Below are positions 50,791 through 60,238 of a stretch of 64,000 nucleotides of DNA, one piece after another. The notes under the pieces were generated by a model. It made no database searches, was not told where the DNA came from, and saw only the letters and a program-made list of their open reading frames with translations. Every line of letters starts with the position of its first letter. The stretch's first letter is position 1. Source of the DNA: Candidatus Enterousia sp. (GTDB taxonomy: Bacteria; Pseudomonadota; Alphaproteobacteria; Rs-D84); the NCBI GenBank assembly GCA_045613785.1, contig JAZLBQ010000026.1:80677-144676 (forward strand), given 5' to 3'. The translations under genes and the position numbers were made by a program.

Positions 50791-52009
50791 AACCAAGATT
50801 TTTTCGAATAACTCATCAGGTGCCAGTATAATGGAAGTTTTACTGGCTATGGCGATTATTGCGGTTGCTGCACCGTTTGTCTATAACCAGATTGCCAAAA
50901 CAAATCATACGATTCAGGATATTGCAACGGCACGTCGTATAATGTCTGTTCGTAATAATGCACTAAATTTTGTTCGCATGAACCAAGACAAATGGCCAGA
51001 CGTTGCCCAGATAAAACTTGATGAAACGGAACTGGAACAAATCAGTCCAGATGCGGCTGCTGGTTTTATTGATAAGTATTCTGTAAATGGTGCGTTTATT
51101 ACAGATGTTTATTTAGCGTTTGAATTAGCAAATTCTGAACTGAATACTAACAAGGTTGCTCGTCATATTGGTGGTGATGCGGCGGTTGTAGGGGAAGATT
51201 CTGTTGCTTATGGTAATACCTGGGCGGTATCTGCCCCTGATTTTGTTCCTGGGGATTTAATATATCGTATATCACGTGATGTTTCTGGCGAAGACACATC
51301 AAAATATTTGCATCGTGGCACATCAGGCGAAGACGAATTAAACGTTATGAAGCGTGATTTAGACATGGGGGGTCATAATATTTATAACGTTGCAATGATA
51401 ACGGGTGATTCTGCCCGGGCTAAGAACGCAAACACATCATTTTTGACATCAGATGATGTTGTTGCAAACACAATATATTTTTCATCTGGTGCAAACATTG
51501 ATGGCCAAGATGTTAGCATTGGGGATTTGCGTGTATCTGGTGATATGTCGGGGTTTCGAAATGTCAGTGCATTGCGTATCAATGAAGGCAATAAATTTAC
51601 GACATCTGGTCGGGTTATTGCAGACCGTGTTTCGGTTACAGAAAAGATAAACATCGGCAATAACCTAGTTTTAAAGTCAGACAGTGCCAGCACAATCAGT
51701 GGCTTTACAGGCGTTTCGGTCAGTTCTGTTATTGCCCCATATATATCTGCCGAAGAAATGATTTTTTATGAAAACTTTGGTTTGACAGTTTCGGGTGAAT
51801 TATTGATGTCAACGGTTTCACCTATAAAGATTGGTGATTGGGTTTTTCCATCGACCAAACCGCCACGTTTTTCTAAATTTACATTATCACGTGGTGAAAA
51901 TCCATCAGCACCCAAACGCAATGCTTTTGCACCATTGGTTCGCAGTGGTTGGTCTGAAACCGCAGACACGCCATCGACGATTTTACCAGTGTTGCCAACA
52001 AATAATTAA
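50771..52009 (+). CDS. PilV-like minor (tip) pilin 2
   Basis: G|ASIMEVLLAMAII; IGGDA; YLHR.....ELNVM.RDLDMGGHNI.N (shufflon N-terminal constant-region-like); exact start uncertain. Confidence 0.75.
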   Translation: MAVAVCKTKIFSNNSSGASIMEVLLAMAIIAVAAPFVYNQIAKTNHTIQDIATARRIMSVRNNALNFVRMNQDKWPDVAQIKLDETELEQISPDAAAGFIDKYSVNGAFITDVYLAFELANSELNTNKVARHIGGDAAVVGEDSVAYGNTWAVSAPDFVPGDLIYRISRDVSGEDTSKYLHRGTSGEDELNVMKRDLDMGGHNIYNVAMITGDSARAKNANTSFLTSDDVVANTIYFSSGANIDGQDVSIGDLRVSGDMSGFRNVSALRINEGNKFTTSGRVIADRVSVTEKINIGNNLVLKSDSASTISGFTGVSVSSVIAPYISAEEMIFYENFGLTVSGELLMSTVSPIKIGDWVFPSTKPPRFSKFTLSRGENPSAPKRNAFAPLVRSGWSETADTPSTILPVLPTNN

Positions 52010-52021
52010 ACAGGATAAAAA

Positions 52022-53338
52022 TTGAACGCACGAACCAAGATTTTTGCTAATAAGAATTCTTCTCAAGGCTCTATGCTGATAGAGTTGATGCTAAGCGTTG
52101 CATTGGCGGCTTTGATAATTCCGTATGCGTTTCGTTATCAGCAGTCTTCTATTTTGCGGGCTCAAAACATTGCGATAACAAATCAGATGACAGAAATACA
52201 GGTTGCGCTGGAACGGTATATAATTGCAAATCGTCCTGAACTATTGCGAACAGTTGGTCGAAATATTACACGGGTTAGTATTTCAGAACTTGAACCCTAT
52301 GGTTTGCCTGAAAGTGTCTTATCCCAAGGTGATGAAAAATATCAGTTGCGTATTTTGAAATCAACCGACATAACTGGCCCTTCGACTTTACAGGGTGTTG
52401 TAATTCGTGCATCTGATGACATTACTCCGCTTCGAACACGTGAAATTGTGAATTTGTCTGGTGGTTCGATGGGATTTATTGATGGCACACACGCATATGG
52501 CACATTTGGGGCGTGGCACACAGACAGCATAGATTTAGGTGTCGATACAGATAATGCGATTATTGAAACAACGTCGATAAATCGTGATAATGCACTGCAT
52601 TTATGGCGTGTTCCGTCAAATAATCCGGATGATGCAAAAATGCAATCGCCTTTGAATTTAGGTGGACACGACATAACAGGCGTAAAGTTTTTAAATGCAG
52701 ATTATACTGATTTTTCTGAACGTCTAACTGTTGATAAGACTGTTTCAAGTAATCTTATTTTTAGTAATCGGCCAACAATCAACAATGGCTTCAAGGTTGT
52801 TTCTGCGAACGTTTCTGGTATGTTATCATCAGATGCCAAGAATATGGAAATATCTGGCCAGTTGTCATTGGCTGATTTGGCCAAGATGTCATCACTAACT
52901 GCGGGCAATTTGTGGGTATCGAATTTGACTTTGGGAGGCTTGTCTATAGATTCCAGCAAAAAATACGCCTTGCTAAAAGTCAACCAAGCCCTTGATATGA
53001 CATCGGGTCATATTGATGCGATGTTTGTGTCTGTCGGTTTTACAGGCTCTATCACGCCACGCTTGATTGTTTATGATAAAGTTGTTGATTCTGTAAATTC
53101 GGACTATTACTGGGATGCGTCATTAAATCGAGCAAATTTTAATGATGCCTCATTTGTTGAATTAAATCGTATGGCGACCTTGGCGACAATATCCGAAGGC
53201 GATAAATCAACGGCATCAGGTCAAATATTTGGTTCTGTATCTGCGAACAAGAACGCAACGGTTGCGGATTATATGAACGCAATCCGTAAAATTCAAACCC
53301 AGGTTCAGGAAAAATATCGCTTGTTGAATTTAGAATAA
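52022..53338 (+). CDS. PilV-like minor (tip) pilin 3
   Basis: TTG start; G|SMLIELMLSVAL; YGLP; GG.MGFI.G..AYGTFGAW; LWRVP......MQSPLNLGGHDI. Confidence 0.75.
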   Translation: MNARTKIFANKNSSQGSMLIELMLSVALAALIIPYAFRYQQSSILRAQNIAITNQMTEIQVALERYIIANRPELLRTVGRNITRVSISELEPYGLPESVLSQGDEKYQLRILKSTDITGPSTLQGVVIRASDDITPLRTREIVNLSGGSMGFIDGTHAYGTFGAWHTDSIDLGVDTDNAIIETTSINRDNALHLWRVPSNNPDDAKMQSPLNLGGHDITGVKFLNADYTDFSERLTVDKTVSSNLIFSNRPTINNGFKVVSANVSGMLSSDAKNMEISGQLSLADLAKMSSLTAGNLWVSNLTLGGLSIDSSKKYALLKVNQALDMTSGHIDAMFVSVGFTGSITPRLIVYDKVVDSVNSDYYWDASLNRANFNDASFVELNRMATLATISEGDKSTASGQIFGSVSANKNATVADYMNAIRKIQTQVQEKYRLLNLE

Positions 53339-53358
53339 AATATGGTATAAATATCACT

Positions 53359-53886
53359 ATGAAAATAAAATGCGACTTTTGTAAAACAGAATATTCGTTG
53401 GACGAAAATCCAAATTCGTCGGTCAAATGTGCACTGTGTGGCAACACCTGGACGGTATCTGCACCGCCACGCAAAAATTCTATATTGATGTTTATTGCGT
53501 CATTGTGTGCATTGCTGTCGGCGATTGTATTTACTGCTGCGGTTATCACGCATCATCAGGCCAAGCGGGTTGTTCTTGGTCCATTGGTTGCGACAGTATC
53601 AGGTGTTGATACAATAACTGACGAAGAAGGCGTTTCGCACTTGGTGGTAAATGGCACGATTGAAAATATATCAAGCGAGATTTATGGTGTTCCTGATTTG
53701 ATAATTGTTTCGTCTGACCAAGAGGGGCGTGTTTTAGCACAACAGAAGTTTATGCCATCAGCAACATTGCTAGATTCTGGTGCGACTGTAAATTTTCGTC
53801 ATATGTTATCGCCTCAGCCTGCTGGTGTAAAAAAGATATCTGCACGGTTGGCTGATTTACAAGTGCCACAAGGGGATAAAAAATGA
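53359..53886 (+). CDS. Zinc-ribbon + TM + DUF3426-like protein (ZitP-like architecture)
   Basis: CDFC..Y.......VKCALCGNTW, a TM, then LVVNGTIEN....VPDL.....D..G..L. Confidence 0.7.
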   Translation: MKIKCDFCKTEYSLDENPNSSVKCALCGNTWTVSAPPRKNSILMFIASLCALLSAIVFTAAVITHHQAKRVVLGPLVATVSGVDTITDEEGVSHLVVNGTIENISSEIYGVPDLIIVSSDQEGRVLAQQKFMPSATLLDSGATVNFRHMLSPQPAGVKKISARLADLQVPQGDKK

Positions 53887-54341
53887 AGAAATTGATATTG
53901 TCATTATGTTCGTTGTTTGTTGCCACGGTGGTGTTTGCGGCTGATGCCCCCAGTCCACGGGTTAGTATTTTTTCAACCAGCACAGATTGGCAGGGTGTAA
54001 CGGGGCTGACTTTGAACGAGTATAATGGGAAATTTATTTCTGATAAAAAATTGGTTGGTCGTGGTCTAGTTTTGTATTATTTGGACGGTTTTCCGTGTTA
54101 TGGATTGGGTTATGGTGTTCGTGTATGGGTTGCCCCTGACGGCAAGACAGATAATGATTTGCACATTGCGTGTGTGGCGGCACCGACTGAAATCAAGTTT
54201 GCGTATCGTAATGCCACTCGTGATGCAGACCAGGCAACGACAACGGGGCTTTTGACATGTCCTGTATCTGATGACGGTCGTGAATTGACGATTGATTTAT
54301 CTGAATGCACGGTTGGTCCTGATTGGGACGAATATAAATAG
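53883..54341 (+). CDS. Hypothetical secreted protein
   Basis: Signal peptide and four mature-region Cys; ATGA overlap with the upstream gene. Confidence 0.7.
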   Translation: MKKLILSLCSLFVATVVFAADAPSPRVSIFSTSTDWQGVTGLTLNEYNGKFISDKKLVGRGLVLYYLDGFPCYGLGYGVRVWVAPDGKTDNDLHIACVAAPTEIKFAYRNATRDADQATTTGLLTCPVSDDGRELTIDLSECTVGPDWDEYK

Positions 54342-54352
54342 GTTTTGTTATT

Positions 54353-55315
54353 ATGGTTGAAATTCGTGAATTTATTGTATCTGAAACTGATGAATTGACT
54401 CGCTTGGATAAGTTTTTGTCTGGCAAAATGCCTGAATTTTCCCGCAGCGAGATTCAGCGTTTTAACGTCCGCCATCTTGATGGCAGTGCTGTAAAGTTTT
54501 CTGAAAAAATCCGCCTGGGTGATGGTTTTACTGTCGAAGTTCCAGCCCCCCAGACCGAAGTTGCGACTGAAAATATATCGTCTGATTTTGATCTGGATAT
54601 TTTATACGAAGATGATGATATCATTGTGATAAACAAGCCACGTGGTGTTGTTATGTATCCGTCTGCTGGCAACAAGACAGGCACATTGGTTCAGAATATT
54701 TTATCACATACACATCTGTCTGCACTGGGTGGTGCGACCCGTCCGGGTGTTGTTCATCGTCTGGACAAAGACACCAGTGGTGTAATGGTTTTTGCGAAAT
54801 CAGATGCGGCATTTCGTGAGCTGGTGCGTGTATTTTCAGAGCATGATTTGACCCGCAAATATATTGCATTTACCTGGGGATTGCCGAATTGGGAGGTTGC
54901 CGACATAACCGGCAATATCGCTCGATCATCACGAAATCGTCAAAAAATGACAATGGTGAAAACTGGCGGAAAAAGTTCACATACCGAAGTGGCGGTAATA
55001 AACGCCTGGTCCCGTGCCAAGGTTTCCGAAATGCGTTGCACTTTGTTCACTGGTCGGACTCATCAGATACGTGTTCACTTGTCTGCCCATGGATTTCCTG
55101 TTTTGTGCGACCCGTTGTATGGTCGTGGTGCGGCACGTCTGGGGTCTGTTCGTGATGCTGAATTGCTGGATTTTTTAAAGAATCATAATGGCCAGATGTT
55201 GCATGCCGAAGTTTTGGAATTTGCCCACCCTATAACAGGTGAACAAATGCGTTTCAAGACCCGTTTGCCCGAAGATATGATGGAATTGAAATATATCCTG
55301 GACGACATTGGTTAA
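54353..55315 (+). CDS. rluD: RluA/RluD-family pseudouridine synthase
   Basis: RLDKFL, RPGVVHRLDKDTSG, TGRTHQIRVH and LHA..L.F.HP.TG. Confidence 0.88.
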   Translation: MVEIREFIVSETDELTRLDKFLSGKMPEFSRSEIQRFNVRHLDGSAVKFSEKIRLGDGFTVEVPAPQTEVATENISSDFDLDILYEDDDIIVINKPRGVVMYPSAGNKTGTLVQNILSHTHLSALGGATRPGVVHRLDKDTSGVMVFAKSDAAFRELVRVFSEHDLTRKYIAFTWGLPNWEVADITGNIARSSRNRQKMTMVKTGGKSSHTEVAVINAWSRAKVSEMRCTLFTGRTHQIRVHLSAHGFPVLCDPLYGRGAARLGSVRDAELLDFLKNHNGQMLHAEVLEFAHPITGEQMRFKTRLPEDMMELKYILDDIG

Positions 55316-55386
55316 ACGGCCTATTTTTCGCTTTCCATCCCCCTGTTTTTATGTTAGAATAAAGTAATAAAATATGGAGTAAGGGG

Positions 55387-58300
55387 ATGTCATTTCTCAA
55401 AAACACGGTAAGTTTATTGGCGTTATTCAGCGTAATACCTGCGGCGTCTGCTGTTACGGCACGTCCTAGTGTATTAAATTCTGCTTCGTCACGTCGTATG
55501 CCAACAATGACGGCATACATCACAAGCACTGGAAACAGTGGCACAACAACGACTGGTGGTTCGAACACAACATCATCGACATTGTTGGCGAATGCTGAAT
55601 GTATTGACGCATATACCCAGTGTATCAAGGGTGCTGACGCATGTGGCTCTGGGTTAGAGGAATGCACAACCAAGGTTTTGTTTCACGGTAAAATGCCTCA
55701 GTGTTTATCAACATTGGCTCAGTGTTCGTCTGCTGGTGTGAACAGTCTGTTTGGAACATCGAATGTATCTGCGTTAAATAACGTTGCGACAAAAAACGCA
55801 TATGGTGAAATTACAGAATATACATACCCAACTGACGGCAGTGTGTTGGGGCAGATGATATCTGCTGCTGCGATTGAAAACAAATACGACACATCTGCAT
55901 GCGTTCGTCGTTATTCATCGTGCCTACGCAAGGAAAGTGTTTGTGGTGCAGACTTTGAATTGTGCACTACTAATACCGAGTTTAAAAAACAGCGTGTTTA
56001 TTGTGATTCAACATTGGCACGTTGTCAAAGTGATGGTTTGATTGAATTGTTTGGGACTGCGTCTATGACGGCAACACCGACTGCGTCCAGCCGTATTGGC
56101 GAAATGATTACCGAAGGGGCTGCCCTGGCAGCAGTAAATGCTGTTTCAACCTGCTACAAAGTTGCTGACCAGTGTATGTTAAATGCGTGTGCAGCCAATC
56201 CTTATAAATGTTACGAAGAAGCAACAACCGAAACAGTTGCTATCGTTGATGCAATCAATAACGGAACTGAAATTACTGCTGTTGCTGAATCGTCAGATGT
56301 ATCTTCAATAATCAGCAAGTCTGATGTTGCAGCATATCTGCGTAATTCCTGTATGGATACAATCGGTTCTAATAAATATTGCTATGCAACATTTATTGGC
56401 GATGGTCAGATGCCAACATCTTCACAGTTGCGTGACGAAGACAACCAGGCTGAAATCTATGACCTGGCATACGGTGCACGCTATAATTCTGGTATGAAGG
56501 CCAAGATCACGGAACTGGTAAACAAATTCGATACCAAAGCCAAAGAAAAATGTGTTGAAACAATTAAATCATGTGCAATGCGTGTTTGTGGTGGCGGTTC
56601 AGGTGCGGCCTGCTATTCTCAGGTATTTGGTGCAACCGATAAATCAATCAATAACGATTATTCCCGTAACGAGATTAAAACCGGTTGCCAGTCTGTAATC
56701 AACACAGACGCAAACTGCAAATATGCGGCTCAGAATCCAAACGCAACAGGCACATATAAATATTCATTTATGGATGCCGATGCATTTGATGTCTTGTTCC
56801 CAGAATATGATGGTGGGGCAGGGGCTGATCCAATTGGTGTAATTGCATCATTAAATGCATCATTGGCGAATAATTACAGCGATGCCGCCTTGGCCAAGAT
56901 GAAAAAACAGTGCCAATCCGTAGCGACAAGTTGTGTGAAGTCAATGTGTGGTTCTGATTATGTAAATTGCTATCGCAACCGCACAGATATTTATTCTTCT
57001 TTGACGAACAGTGGCGATGCTGACTTTGATAAATCAATGAACAAGGTTGGCGGTGTTCTGGATTACACAATTGTTTTGGGCTTGTGCATTGATACAGTTA
57101 AAAATGCCGATATTTGTTCAGAACACTTGGCGATTGAAACAAATAAATTGAAAATCAGCAACACAAATAAAACAGCCAGCTGGGGCGATACCGGTTCTGT
57201 CCGCAGTGAATGGATTGATGCAGGTGGCACATCGAAAATGGAAGGCACAACCGAAACTGTTCAGGCAACTGACGAAAACGGTAATAATTTGTGTTCTGAC
57301 AAATGTGGCAACCAGGGTGCATGCTATACAACCAGCACAGACGCATCATGTGGCACATATGAAACACCTGTTATGATTTCATATACAACGTATGTTGAAA
57401 CCCAGGCTGCAAACACATTGTTCAAAGACCTGATTTATGATCTTGAAATCGAAGCCCAGGCAAAATATAACGCCAAATTGACGAAACAACAGAATATGTG
57501 TATGTCGTCAAACAACGGCGGAATTTTGGGTAAAAACGATACAGGTTCAACATTTATGTGGTCAAAACTGCGTGGCGGTCGTGTTCCTGCGAATTACCCA
57601 GTTGCGGGTTTGAAATCAACCCAGTTCATGGCCAGTAATGACCTGTATGGTTCGTTCTGCCGTGTTCGTATAACATTGCAATCAGACGACCGTGAAATTC
57701 AAAAGGTCTTGCAAGACGGTGCAACATGGTCAACGGCATATTTTGCTGCTGGTGACACATTTACATGCGGTTCATGGATTCCATTGACTGAATTGGAAAG
57801 CATTGCAACCAAGGTTGCAGACGAAGCCCGTTCAGATCGTCGTGAAAAATACGGTGATATGAAAAATTGGGCAACCGTTATCGGCACATTGGGTGGCGGT
57901 GTTGGTGGTGCATTCCTGGGTGCTGGCATCCAAAAGGGCGATATCTTTACTGGTTTGACGGGCAAAAACAAAGAAAGCATCAAGAAACCAGCAAAGTCAA
58001 ACGAAGAATTGGCAAAACTTTGCGAAAACTATTCAACCGAAGCCCAGAATAATTTAGGCAAGGGTAGTTTAGGATATCGCAATGCGACTGCAAAACAGTT
58101 TGGCGAATATGCTATTGGTGTTGCAAAACAGTTAAAGGTTAACGAAAGTCTTGTCTCTGATGTTCAACAAAAATTGTCAGACTTGACCAAAGAATACAAA
58201 GAGATTGTAACAACAGATGCTAACAACACAGTGAAGGTGACAGCGGATAAACAATACGAAACTGCAGAAACTGCCGCCAGAACTGCTTTGCAGGATTTGA

Positions 58301-58593
58301 TTCGTCAATGTTCTTTGATGAAGGATGTAGAAGAATCAAAGGCAGAAGACAAAGAAAAATCTTGGTGGAATAAAACAGGTGCTGGCACAACAATCGGTGG
58401 TGTTGTTGGTGCGGTTGCTGGCGGTGTTCTGGCAAACACAGTTGTCGGCAGTATCCAAGACCAAGAATTAAATAATGTCGAACGTGCGGCCTATGACGAA
58501 TTTATGAACAGCGTCGGTTCAAAAATCCGTTGCTTTATCGGCCCAGACGAAGTCGGTATGTATGGCGACATTATTTCGACCAGTATGGAATAA
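55387..58593 (+). CDS. Large secreted Cys-rich repeat protein with C-terminal glycine-zipper helices
   Basis: Signal peptide, Ser/Thr linker, five C-x6-C-x4/6-C-x6/7-C units and two GxxxG-rich hydrophobic segments. Confidence 0.85.
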   Translation: MSFLKNTVSLLALFSVIPAASAVTARPSVLNSASSRRMPTMTAYITSTGNSGTTTTGGSNTTSSTLLANAECIDAYTQCIKGADACGSGLEECTTKVLFHGKMPQCLSTLAQCSSAGVNSLFGTSNVSALNNVATKNAYGEITEYTYPTDGSVLGQMISAAAIENKYDTSACVRRYSSCLRKESVCGADFELCTTNTEFKKQRVYCDSTLARCQSDGLIELFGTASMTATPTASSRIGEMITEGAALAAVNAVSTCYKVADQCMLNACAANPYKCYEEATTETVAIVDAINNGTEITAVAESSDVSSIISKSDVAAYLRNSCMDTIGSNKYCYATFIGDGQMPTSSQLRDEDNQAEIYDLAYGARYNSGMKAKITELVNKFDTKAKEKCVETIKSCAMRVCGGGSGAACYSQVFGATDKSINNDYSRNEIKTGCQSVINTDANCKYAAQNPNATGTYKYSFMDADAFDVLFPEYDGGAGADPIGVIASLNASLANNYSDAALAKMKKQCQSVATSCVKSMCGSDYVNCYRNRTDIYSSLTNSGDADFDKSMNKVGGVLDYTIVLGLCIDTVKNADICSEHLAIETNKLKISNTNKTASWGDTGSVRSEWIDAGGTSKMEGTTETVQATDENGNNLCSDKCGNQGACYTTSTDASCGTYETPVMISYTTYVETQAANTLFKDLIYDLEIEAQAKYNAKLTKQQNMCMSSNNGGILGKNDTGSTFMWSKLRGGRVPANYPVAGLKSTQFMASNDLYGSFCRVRITLQSDDREIQKVLQDGATWSTAYFAAGDTFTCGSWIPLTELESIATKVADEARSDRREKYGDMKNWATVIGTLGGGVGGAFLGAGIQKGDIFTGLTGKNKESIKKPAKSNEELAKLCENYSTEAQNNLGKGSLGYRNATAKQFGEYAIGVAKQLKVNESLVSDVQQKLSDLTKEYKEIVTTDANNTVKVTADKQYETAETAARTALQDLIRQCSLMKDVEESKAEDKEKSWWNKTGAGTTIGGVVGAVAGGVLANTVVGSIQDQELNNVERAAYDEFMNSVGSKIRCFIGPDEVGMYGDIISTSME

Positions 58594-58600
58594 TCCATAA

Positions 58601-58634
58601 AATAAAAAATCCTCCCTGCGGAGGATTTTTTATT
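58601..58634 (+). terminator. Intrinsic terminator
   Basis: AATAAAAAATCCTCC-CTGC-GGAGGATTTTTTATT. Confidence 0.85.
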
Positions 58635-58726
58635 ATTGTTCAAGGTTTGAACAGAAATAAAAACTTAGAAGCCATAGAATAAAAACGTTCTTTAATCAGA
58701 CTAAAATTTATGATATAATCATAGGT

Positions 58727-60139
58727 ATGAAAACCAGGATTCTTATTTTTTCGTCGCTGCTGTGTTTATGTGCAGCACGCACTGTGTCTGCATCTGATTG
58801 TTCGGGTGCCGGCTGTAATGTTGATGTTTTAACATATGATGGATTTGAATGGATTGCACCAGCTGCATCGAACACGGCGGTGGCACAATCATCGTTGGCA
58901 CTAAGTGATGTGGACGATGGAACGACAAATCGGACGGTAATATTTGCTACACCAACATATATTCCAGAACCACCAACCTGGATGGAATCCGACCCAAATG
59001 CATCTATTATGCCAGTGGCACAAAATTTACCTGCCCCTGTTCGCAACGTTGATGTCAAGGTTTTGTCGATAAAACCTGTTCCAGAAGATACACGCCCTGC
59101 ATTGTGGGATGGTGTTCACGGAAAATACACTGGCCCAGACGCAGAAAAGACCGTCGATTGGCGTGATGGTGTACCAATTTGGGACGAATCGATAAATGAT
59201 TACAGATATAAAGACTTTTCAGATTGGTTTTTACAGGCCAGTCCTGAAATCTACGTTCGCCACGTAGATCCAGCAAGTCCAATTGCGATGACGTCTGAAA
59301 CAATCGATCCTATTGCATTGTATCAACAAAATATGGAAGACGCTGCCACAACACGTGCCCGTGTCGAAGAATTACTTGCCCCTCGCAAACCATCGTCTGA
59401 TTTATGGTTTGCAAATTCTGGTGCAAAACTTGGCGAACCAGAAACTCAGTTGCAATTGCCGGCACCACGCCCTGAATACACTGCCCAGGATATGAGTAAT
59501 GTTGTTCGTGAAACATTTGGCACAACTGTTGTTGTGTGGGAAGATGGCTGTCCATTTGAAACTGAAACAGAATGTCAAATCTGGCGTCGCAAACCAATTG
59601 TCCGTGAAACAGTTTCGCCACGCAGTCCTAAATTGCGTGATGCCAAGGTGGCAGAGTTTGTTCATGCTGCCGATTGCAACAAACATATCACGGCAAATGA
59701 AACAGTTTCTGCACCATTGCTAGACAGATATAAAATGTTGATGCGTTCTGCCCAGGCGTGTTGCACAGACGGAATGGCCTATGCCTTGAAGCAGGCTGGG
59801 GCAACTGATGGTTTGGTTTATAAATTCTTGTCAGATGATGCTAACTTCTATGGATTTGGTTCACGTTGTTTGATGATGACAGATCATGACCTAGATACCC
59901 AATATCCAAACACTGCAACCGCTGTTGTTGCTGCAGATGTTAGAAATGGTTGTCTATGCCGTGGCCGTCAGTGGTTTCAGGCAATGCTAGCACCTTTCCA
60001 ACAGGTCTATAATGCTGTTCCAGAATTCAAGGACGCACAATTCAACTATACCTACAAGGACGGTCTGCAACGTGAAATCACAGTTTCGGTCAATAATGAC
60101 GTTCAAAATGTCCTTAAACAGTTGGAACAGTGTCCATAA
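58727..60139 (+). CDS. Hypothetical secreted protein, Pro-rich N-half and Cys-rich C-terminal domain
   Basis: Signal peptide; GCPFETETEC...ACCTDG...RC...GCLCRG...QCP. Confidence 0.8.
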   Translation: MKTRILIFSSLLCLCAARTVSASDCSGAGCNVDVLTYDGFEWIAPAASNTAVAQSSLALSDVDDGTTNRTVIFATPTYIPEPPTWMESDPNASIMPVAQNLPAPVRNVDVKVLSIKPVPEDTRPALWDGVHGKYTGPDAEKTVDWRDGVPIWDESINDYRYKDFSDWFLQASPEIYVRHVDPASPIAMTSETIDPIALYQQNMEDAATTRARVEELLAPRKPSSDLWFANSGAKLGEPETQLQLPAPRPEYTAQDMSNVVRETFGTTVVVWEDGCPFETETECQIWRRKPIVRETVSPRSPKLRDAKVAEFVHAADCNKHITANETVSAPLLDRYKMLMRSAQACCTDGMAYALKQAGATDGLVYKFLSDDANFYGFGSRCLMMTDHDLDTQYPNTATAVVAADVRNGCLCRGRQWFQAMLAPFQQVYNAVPEFKDAQFNYTYKDGLQREITVSVNNDVQNVLKQLEQCP

Positions 60140-60160
60140 AAAAGAAACAAATAATCTCAG

Positions 60161-60177
60161 GCACCCGATTCGGGTGC
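60161..60177 (+). terminator. Intrinsic terminator
   Basis: GCACCCG-ATT-CGGGTGC followed by a T run. Confidence 0.75.
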
Positions 60178-60238
60178 TTTTCTTTTTGGATTTTATACCC
60201 GTTGTCGCAATGCCGCACTTTATTTAATAATTGCTGGT

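Noticed and set aside
25059-53338. An integrated conjugative element or plasmid spanning virD4 to the pil genes
   Set aside because: The genes are interleaved with essential genes (recF, rpoH, lptD, dnaX), and no integrase, relaxase, VirB4 or att repeats were seen.
49435-54341. An active shufflon
   Set aside because: No Rci-like recombinase, inverted C-terminal cassettes or repeated sfx-like sites were seen; each PilV-like gene is full length.
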